Part shown: one piece after another, positions 58,082-64,000 of the stretch
Layout: the number at the start of each line of letters is the position of its first letter
Position numbering within the stretch: the first letter of the stretch is position 1
From: an uncultured SAR86 cluster bacterium
GTDB lineage: Bacteria > Pseudomonadota > Gammaproteobacteria > Magnimaribacterales > D2472
Direction of reading: 5' to 3'
Length of the DNA stretch: 64,000 bases
Assembly: GCA_963926355.1 (NCBI GenBank)
Contig: CAWUWW010000001.1
Location: 247,739-311,738 of the forward strand
Made by a program: the position numbers and the translations under genes
Notes under the pieces: generated by a model
What the model was told of the DNA's origin: nothing
What the model saw: the letters and a program-made list of their open reading frames with translations, nothing else
The model's database searches: none

Positions 58082-59056
58082 TTATTTTAATGCGCCGTTG
58101 ATTCTTCCTAACACCTCATCGGTAAGCAGGGGTATGGCATCTAGAGATTTAAGGTTCTCTTCTAGCTGCTCAAGTTTTGAGGCACCTAAAATAACAGTAG
58201 ATACGTTGCGGTTTTGAAGGCACCAGGCTATTGATAGATTAGAAAGGCTAGCTCCGACGTCTTCTGCTATTGGCATCAATAAGGCAACCTTCTGCATTCT
58301 TTCTTTTGCTCTGTCCGATTCAATCATGTGCTTCTTAAGCCATTCATATCCTTCAAGTGATGCTCTAGATCCTTCAGGAACTCCGTTCAGATATTTGCCT
58401 GTTAGTGACCCAGAGGCAAGGGGAGACCAGGTAGTTGTTCCCATTCCATACTTTTCAAATATAGGCGCGTATTCAATCTCAAACCTTTCTCTGTCCAGAA
58501 GGTTGTACTGAGGCTGCTCCATGGTTGGGGGAGTGAGGTTATTATCATTTGCAAACTCGTAGGCTTCTTCGATTTCAGCCGCAGACCACTCAGACGTTCC
58601 CCAGTAGAGAATCTTCCCCTGGGTTATTAAGTTGTGCATTGCCCAAACTGTTTCACCAATAGGTGTTTCAGGATCAGCTCTGTGGCAGAAATAAAGATCA
58701 AGGTAATCAACCTGAAGTCTTTTAAGAGCTTGTTCACATGCCTCTGTGACATGTTTTCTGCTTAGCCCCATTTGAGTTGGAAGTGGGCTTTCATGCGATC
58801 CAAAAAACACTTTAGAAGATACGCAATAAGAGTCCCTTGATTTATCAAGAGCCTTTAATGCCTTTCCCATGACTATCTCTGATAAGCCTCTTTCGTAACC
58901 CTCAGCATTGTCAAAAAAATTAATACCTGCATCCAGACAGGTGCCAAACATTTTTTCAGCCAGGTTCGGGTCAACCTGCTTGTTAAACGTTACCCAAGAG
59001 CCGAATGATAGTTCTGATACTTTGAGACCGGATCTGCCAAGATTTCTATATTTCAT
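58082..59056 (-). CDS. aldo/keto reductase (Kv-beta-like subfamily)
   Basis: GINFFDNAEGY, the catalytic Y/K/H pattern, and the C-terminal VILGASKLEQLEENL. Confidence 0.9.
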   Translation of the reverse strand: MKYRNLGRSGLKVSELSFGSWVTFNKQVDPNLAEKMFGTCLDAGINFFDNAEGYERGLSEIVMGKALKALDKSRDSYCVSSKVFFGSHESPLPTQMGLSRKHVTEACEQALKRLQVDYLDLYFCHRADPETPIGETVWAMHNLITQGKILYWGTSEWSAAEIEEAYEFANDNNLTPPTMEQPQYNLLDRERFEIEYAPIFEKYGMGTTTWSPLASGSLTGKYLNGVPEGSRASLEGYEWLKKHMIESDRAKERMQKVALLMPIAEDVGASLSNLSIAWCLQNRNVSTVILGASKLEQLEENLKSLDAIPLLTDEVLGRINGALK

Positions 59057-59102
59057 ATTGTTCTATTTTTATTTATTATTAAAAAATATAATAGCAGAAA
59101 TT

Positions 59103-59711
59103 TTACTCTCCACCGCCACCGCCACCGGCATAACTGGCCGTTCCTGCATCTCCTGAGGAGGTAGTTGCAGCTAGAACAGAAAATAAGGCCATTTGATCAA
59201 CCCCATTTCCACATGCAGCCGTCAAGGGATTTTTTATGAAGTTAGCCAATTGTCTTATCTCAATACATTCACCAGAATTAACCTCAACAAGAAATGATTT
59301 TTTCTTAGACAGTAGATAGATTTTATCTTTGGCAATCGTCAACAAAAAACCATGCTCATACCATTTTTTAAATTTAGTTTCAAAAAGTATCTCGCCTGTA
59401 TCTCCGCACAACTTAGATACAAGATTTTTTGAGTTAATAAAAAAAATGTTGCCTTTGTGATACTGAGGAGTTACCCATCCTTTAATTTTATCTGTTGTCC
59501 AAATCACATCACCTGTTTGAGCATTCAATAGCTGGTGGCTATGCTTTGTACCCCAGGCGTTAACACTTTGAACCAGTATATTCTCTCCACAAGTTGTAAT
59601 GATTGTTGGAGTATTATCTGAATCTTTACTCCAAACTGCCTCTCGGGTATCTAAATTAAATCTAGCAATTAATTTCTTTTGACCTAAAAATACTTCATTT
59701 GATGAGTTCAC
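59103..59711 (-). CDS. hypothetical protein with PQQ-like beta-propeller repeats and a Gly6 C-terminal tail
   Basis: GTG start preceded by AGGAGA. A four-fold recurring D/N-x-TG-x-hydrophobic-W/F pattern is present. The C-terminus is ...SYAGGGGGGE. Confidence 0.5.
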   Translation of the reverse strand: MNSSNEVFLGQKKLIARFNLDTREAVWSKDSDNTPTIITTCGENILVQSVNAWGTKHSHQLLNAQTGDVIWTTDKIKGWVTPQYHKGNIFFINSKNLVSKLCGDTGEILFETKFKKWYEHGFLLTIAKDKIYLLSKKKSFLVEVNSGECIEIRQLANFIKNPLTAACGNGVDQMALFSVLAATTSSGDAGTASYAGGGGGGE

Positions 59712-59756
59712 AAATTTCTCCTAATTACTTATTCGCTATTAATCTTAATTGATATA

Positions 59757-59780
59757 TTATGTAAAGTCTACTTTACATAA
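59757..59780. promoter_or_regulatory. 11-bp perfect inverted repeat (candidate operator)
   Basis: TTATGTAAAGT-CT-ACTTTACATAA lies between the divergent starts at 59711 and 59783. Confidence 0.3.
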
Positions 59781-59782
59781 AA

Positions 59783-59953
59783 ATGGCAATGAAAAAAACT
59801 AATTGGTCCTTCGGAGATTCAAAAAAAGATAGAAAAGGCAGGGTAATATTTTTTATTGGTTATTCAAAGGAAGTTTCAAGCAGAGATAAGCCTAATGAAT
59901 TATGGGAGCCAGAGGAAATCTTCTTAAAAAGAAAAAATATTTTAAAAATCTAA
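59783..59953 (+). CDS. candidate 56-aa basic protein (not in ORF track)
   Basis: The ATG ORF encodes MAMKKTNWSFGDSKKDRKGRVIFFIGYSKEVSSRDKPNELWEPEEIFLKRKNILKI. There is no SD and I recognise no family. Confidence 0.25.
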   Translation: MAMKKTNWSFGDSKKDRKGRVIFFIGYSKEVSSRDKPNELWEPEEIFLKRKNILKI

Positions 59954-59998
59954 AAATAAAGAAATACCTAGTTCGGTTTTTTATTTATAATTCTTCTC

Positions 59999-60340
59999 AT
60001 GGCATCAATAATTAATTTTGAAAATTTTAAAGAGGAGAGTAGAGAGAAGTACGTTGACTATATTCAAGAACTACTCGACGAGGCCTCAGACATCTACGAG
60101 GATATTATTATTGATCTCGAAGAGAGAAAAGAAAATACCAAGGCAGATGTGGAATTTATTTTTGGAGAGTACCATCTCGAAGATAGCAACAAGGACTGGA
60201 CTGCTATGTGCCTAATGATGGATGATATTTTTGAGAAATACCGAACTAAGTACAGCCAGGATAAGGATTATTTTAAACTCCACGAGGAGTACAAAACTCT
60301 GGAAACTGAATTCAAAGACTTATTTGATGAGTACTTATAA
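59999..60340 (+). CDS. highly acidic hypothetical protein (113 aa)
   Basis: The ORF is strongly D/E-rich and predicted helical. I recognise no family. Confidence 0.5.
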   Translation: MASIINFENFKEESREKYVDYIQELLDEASDIYEDIIIDLEERKENTKADVEFIFGEYHLEDSNKDWTAMCLMMDDIFEKYRTKYSQDKDYFKLHEEYKTLETEFKDLFDEYL

Positions 60341-60582
60341 AATTACTAACTAGGCAATCAGTTATGAATATAAACACAAGAGCTATAGTAATTTTGGCAA
60401 TCTCTAGTTTTGTTCTCGGCTATGCCGGAAGAGCTCTGGGGCTTATATAGTTTATTAATCTCTTCTTAATGTTCTTTAATATTTTTTTTATTTTGACAAA
60501 CTAATACAGCAGTATTATCTTCTTAAGTACTATTAAAATATAAGGCAATAAAGTCTTATAGATCAAAAAGGTATTTTAGCTT

Positions 60583-60987
60583 ATGGAATTTTTACTACTA
60601 CCTGAATTTTTGGCTTTCTTTACTTTCTTCTACCTATTTCTTGCTATGAGAATAGGCTTCATGAGAGGAAGTCCTGTTATGAAGATATTCTTTAAAATGG
60701 AGGACGAGATCTCAGAAGAAAGACTCAATCGAAATGTTAGAGCTCATGGAAATTTCTCTGAGTATGTTCCTTTGTTTTTTATTTTATTGCTGGTCGTTGA
60801 GCTAGCCTCGTCAACTACATATTCATACCTATTGACTGTCTGTTGTATTTTTACTTATGGCAGAGTGGCACATGCGCTATGCTTTGCCTTCTTTGACAGC
60901 AATCCCTTCTTGAGAATATCTGGCATGCTAACAACCTACCTAGGATTGACCTTGCTTTCGGTTGAGTGCATCAAGATAGCCCTCTAA
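60583..60987 (+). CDS. MAPEG-family membrane protein
   Basis: 134 aa, 4 TM segments, with the NFSEYVPLF and GRVAHA motifs typical of MAPEG. Confidence 0.7.
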   Translation: MEFLLLPEFLAFFTFFYLFLAMRIGFMRGSPVMKIFFKMEDEISEERLNRNVRAHGNFSEYVPLFFILLLVVELASSTTYSYLLTVCCIFTYGRVAHALCFAFFDSNPFLRISGMLTTYLGLTLLSVECIKIAL

Positions 60988-61060
60988 AAATTAGACAATT
61001 ATTTGAGTTATTCTTTCTTCAATGAGAGAATTAAAACTATTTAATATTAAGGAGTAGGCA

Positions 61061-61411
61061 ATGAGCTCAATAGAAGTGAAAAGTTTTAGTAACGCTGATG
61101 AGGTAAATGATGCCTTTGATAATGCGCACATAGAAGCGGTAAGCGTTGGCGGTCAAAGGGTAGTAAAACTTACCCTTCAGCCAGGATGGAGATGGTCAGA
61201 GAATGTCAAGCCGGTTGTTGGAACAGATAGCTGCCAAGCAGGACATCTTGGGGTAATTATTTCAGGAACTATCTGCTGCAAGCACGATGACGGTTCTGAG
61301 GTTAGCTACACTGCTGGAGATGCATATTCCATTAATCCAGGTCACGACGCTTGGGTGGCTGGAGATGAAGTCGCAGTGGCATTTGAATTCGCAGGAATGT
61401 GGGGCGAGTAA
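61061..61411 (+). CDS. cupin-domain protein
   Basis: 116 aa with a beta-barrel pattern containing G.H......G and GD....P..H motifs. Confidence 0.75.
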   Translation: MSSIEVKSFSNADEVNDAFDNAHIEAVSVGGQRVVKLTLQPGWRWSENVKPVVGTDSCQAGHLGVIISGTICCKHDDGSEVSYTAGDAYSINPGHDAWVAGDEVAVAFEFAGMWGE

Positions 61412-61431
61412 TTTTAATTCTATCAATAAGG

Positions 61432-61453
61432 ACCCAGCCTAAGCTGGGTTTTT
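61432..61453 (+). terminator. intrinsic terminator after the cupin gene
   Basis: ACCCAGC-CTAA-GCTGGGT is followed by TTTT. Confidence 0.5.
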
Positions 61454-61548
61454 AAATTTAAGACCTATTATTTTTTAAAGAGACCTAACTTTTTATTTTT
61501 ATTAAACTATAATAATCTCATAAATTTTAATTATTTCCCAAAAAGACT

Positions 61549-61965
61549 ATGTCAAATAGATTTCATTTAGCAATTCCTGTAACCAGCATTGAAAAAGCAA
61601 AGACTTTTTATTGCGACCTATTGGGATGTGTAGCCGGTAACTTTGAAGAAGGTAAATGGCAAGACGTTAATTTCTGGGGAAATGAATTAACCCTTCATGA
61701 GGCTAATGAGGTTTCAGATAAAGAAAGACATCATGTCGACATGGGCGCTGTCTGTGTTCCTCATTTTGGAGTTCATCTTGATGAAGATGTTTACATGAAT
61801 ATTAAAGAAGCAGTTTCTAATAGCGAAAAGGGATTTCTTGATGATCCCTATAGAAGGTTTATAGATGACCCAAGAGAGCAGGAGACATTCTTTGTAGAAG
61901 ATCCAAGCGGGAACGTTTTAGAAATCAAGACAATGAAAAACCCAGAAACTCTTTGGGAAGTCTAG
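61549..61965 (+). CDS. VOC (glyoxalase/bleomycin-resistance/dioxygenase) family protein
   Basis: FHLAIPVTSIEKAKTFYCDLLG at the N-terminus and the C-terminal FFVEDPSGNVLEIK. Confidence 0.75.
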   Translation: MSNRFHLAIPVTSIEKAKTFYCDLLGCVAGNFEEGKWQDVNFWGNELTLHEANEVSDKERHHVDMGAVCVPHFGVHLDEDVYMNIKEAVSNSEKGFLDDPYRRFIDDPREQETFFVEDPSGNVLEIKTMKNPETLWEV

Positions 61966-62123
61966 TCTTTAATTCTTCTCAAATAAATATACCCAAATAA
62001 TAACGTAAGTATTGTTCCAGCAAATATACCATGGGGTGAGCTAGCTATGGTTTTTCTAAAATAAATACACTCGACAGCATGGACCGTGAACCATACAATT
62101 AAAAAGTAAGTCAGTATTTGCAT
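61962..62123 (-). CDS. candidate 53-aa two-TM membrane peptide (not in ORF track)
   Basis: The ATG ORF encodes MQILTYFLIVWFTVHAVECIYFRKTIASSPHGIFAGTILTLLFGYIYLRRIKD. Its stop overlaps the VOC gene stop. Confidence 0.3.
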   Translation of the reverse strand: MQILTYFLIVWFTVHAVECIYFRKTIASSPHGIFAGTILTLLFGYIYLRRIKD

Positions 62124-62259
62124 ATCTTCTTTATAGTCATTGAATTAAGACTTGTAAATTAACCTAGCAAAAATTAAATAGCAAATAGCTTACTAAGCAG
62201 ATAGTTAAATATTTTTATATGCATTACTATTTATAAAATATACATAAAAAAGGGTAGCA

Positions 62260-63258
62260 ATGGAAAAAGTTTTAGTCACAGGTGCAACTGGCTTCATAGG
62301 CCTTCATTGCATTCAGCAACTTCTCGATCAAGGCTATCAAGTTAACGGAAGTCTTAGATCTCTTGATAGAAGCAAGGAGGTTGAAGAGTCTCTAAAAAAA
62401 CACAATACCTCGATAGAAAATTTAACATTAGTTAAACTTGATCTTCTCAGTGACGATGGCTGGGATGATGCCATAGAGGGTTGCGATTATCTTCTTCATG
62501 TAGCTTCACCTTTTGTACTCAGCAACGAACCTGAAGAATTTTTTGTTAAGCCAGCTGTTGAGGGAGCAACCAGAGCACTAAAATTTGCACAAAAACATAA
62601 CATTAAAAAAGTAGTACTAACATCATCTTTTGCCGCCGTTGGAGATACATTCGATGGTACTGAGAGTTTTGATGAATCTCATTGGTCAGATACTACTAAT
62701 AGCAAGATGTCCTTCTACGCAAAAAGTAAAACCCTTGCAGAAAAAGCAGCATGGGACTATGTAAAAAATAATAATGTTAGTTTTGAATTAAGCGTTATAA
62801 ACCCTACCGCGGTTCTGGGACCATCTCTTTCCAATGATATTGGGGTATCTAATTCAATGATTTTGAGAATGCTAAATGGAGAGATGCCTGCTCTAGTTAA
62901 GATTCATATTGGTGTTGTCGATGTTCGAGATGTTGCTAAAGCCCATTTATTATCCATGCAAAGCGATCAGTCAAATGGAGAAAGATTTATTCTATCGGAA
63001 AAAGAAATGTGGATGCATGAGATTGCCAACGTCCTAAACAAAGGCGGGTACAAGGCTCCTGAGAAAAATATGCCTAACTGGCTTCTAAAAATAATAGCAA
63101 TCTTCAAGAGCGACATGGTTACCATATCAAAAATGGCAGGTAAAAAAAGAATGTGTCACACCAATAAGGCAAAAGAAGTTCTTGGCTGGGACCCTATCTC
63201 TGCTGAAGATTCTATCTTAGAGGCCGCAAAGCAATTAAAGGAATACAAGTTAATTTAA
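62260..63258 (+). CDS. NAD(P)-dependent epimerase/dehydratase family oxidoreductase (dihydroflavonol/cinnamoyl-CoA reductase-like)
   Basis: GATGFIG Rossmann motif and the YAKSK catalytic motif. Confidence 0.85.
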   Translation: MEKVLVTGATGFIGLHCIQQLLDQGYQVNGSLRSLDRSKEVEESLKKHNTSIENLTLVKLDLLSDDGWDDAIEGCDYLLHVASPFVLSNEPEEFFVKPAVEGATRALKFAQKHNIKKVVLTSSFAAVGDTFDGTESFDESHWSDTTNSKMSFYAKSKTLAEKAAWDYVKNNNVSFELSVINPTAVLGPSLSNDIGVSNSMILRMLNGEMPALVKIHIGVVDVRDVAKAHLLSMQSDQSNGERFILSEKEMWMHEIANVLNKGGYKAPEKNMPNWLLKIIAIFKSDMVTISKMAGKKRMCHTNKAKEVLGWDPISAEDSILEAAKQLKEYKLI

Positions 63259-63998
63259 ACTAGCCCTGGGATAATGGCCTTCCTATTTTTTGGATAGTTT
63301 TCAAACTTTTCTTTGTACCATTTATGGTGGGCTATAGCTCTGGGAAAAAGGTTGGCGATAGTCCAGGCAAGAAATACTGCTCCAGAAATACTCCAAGTTA
63401 GAATCGCCCATCCCATCCATTCAATTATTTCTCCAAAGTAGTTTGGGGAATCAATGTATTTAAAAAGAAATGTATTGGGCAGATGATAGCCAGGACCCTT
63501 CTCCTTTCTTAGATTAACCATAATGTAATCCGACCTTATGTTGATGAACATACCTACAACAAATAAACAGAGGCCAAGTGCAAAGGTATTACTTAATAGC
63601 CAATCTTGGGGGTGTTGGGTAAAGTAGAATATGCCAAAAGCCTGGATACTTACATTCACTATATTAAAAAAGAATGCAGACATTGCTATGCTCAAGGGCA
63701 TCTTAGGATTACTCATATCTATAACAAAAGGATAGATAAAGCTTCTATGTATGTAATGGGTGAGCCAGATTGTTAGGAATACGAGATGAACCAACTCTAA
63801 ATCATTTCTTACAATTAACCCAAAAGCTATCATTAAAACAACACAGGGAGATTCCATTAAAACCCATCCCAATCGAGCAGAGATATTTACGCCCCAGCCA
63901 CTTCGAATATGCCTCCCGTAGGGAGCACTGACAAAAAATAGATAGATAAAGGTCATTGCAGCAACAAGTACCCAGAAGATAATAAATATATTAAACAA
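63255..63998 (-). CDS. 3-oxo-5-alpha-steroid 4-dehydrogenase (steroid 5-alpha-reductase) family membrane protein
   Basis: The C-terminal NYFGEIIEWMGWAI motif is present. The listed start is a TTG 2 nt from the window edge, so the true start may lie outside the window. Confidence 0.8.
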   Translation of the reverse strand: MFNIFIIFWVLVAAMTFIYLFFVSAPYGRHIRSGWGVNISARLGWVLMESPCVVLMIAFGLIVRNDLELVHLVFLTIWLTHYIHRSFIYPFVIDMSNPKMPLSIAMSAFFFNIVNVSIQAFGIFYFTQHPQDWLLSNTFALGLCLFVVGMFINIRSDYIMVNLRKEKGPGYHLPNTFLFKYIDSPNYFGEIIEWMGWAILTWSISGAVFLAWTIANLFPRAIAHHKWYKEKFENYPKNRKAIIPGLV

Positions 63999-64000
63999 AC

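Noticed and set aside
1-64000. CRISPR arrays, rRNA genes, IS elements, prophage genes, retrons/DGRs, known defence systems
   Set aside because: I looked for regularly spaced direct repeats, reverse transcriptase, integrase, transposase and capsid motifs, and rRNA-like conserved stretches, and found none. The only periodic repeats are the short arrays at 51.6-52.3 kb.

Overview
This is a compact, AT-rich (roughly one-third GC by eye, not computed) chromosomal segment with classic gammaproteobacterial gene order. It probably comes from a streamlined marine Gammaproteobacterium, but that is low-confidence inference. About 90% is coding, and many neighbouring genes abut or overlap by 1-24 nt. The housekeeping blocks are nrdAB, glpK, serA, ung, ygfZ/sdhE, rpoE-rseA-degP, lepA-lepB-rnc-era-recO-acpS-adk, tsaB-like, uppP, rsmJ, sbcB, proBA, queA-tgt-yajC-secDF and suhB/trmJ. 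There are three tRNAs: Val-GAC, Leu-CAA and Glu-UUC. Two patches look accessory. The first (25.5-30.5 kb) holds an ABC-2 exporter, pseudoazurin, a serine hydrolase and small orphan ORFs. The second (everything right of tRNA-Glu, 51.6-64 kb) holds oxidoreductases, a BCCT transporter, CorA, MAPEG, cupin, VOC and orphans. I found no CRISPR array, transposase, integrase, phage gene, reverse transcriptase or recognisable defence system, and I cannot point to a clear novel multi-gene system. The best leads are: (1) a 318-bp non-coding spacer ending in a packed triple DnaA-box cluster, with two more perfect boxes at the nrdA promoter and a gene-strand switch, making it a candidate oriC or DARS/datA-like element; (2) a GTAC-core repeat family after tRNA-Glu that brackets a lipoprotein gene, including three 14-bp tandem repeats in front of a small winged-helix gene; (3) two conserved genes (ygfZ, DUF2805) whose conserved N-termini have no ATG/GTG/TTG start; (4) small membrane ORFs coupled to pseudoazurin across a T6 tract; (5) an orphan cluster at 59-60.5 kb; and (6) an hsp20 gene flanked by an identical 12-mer built into its 5'UTR and terminator hairpins. 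All coordinates were derived by hand. No searches or statistics were run.
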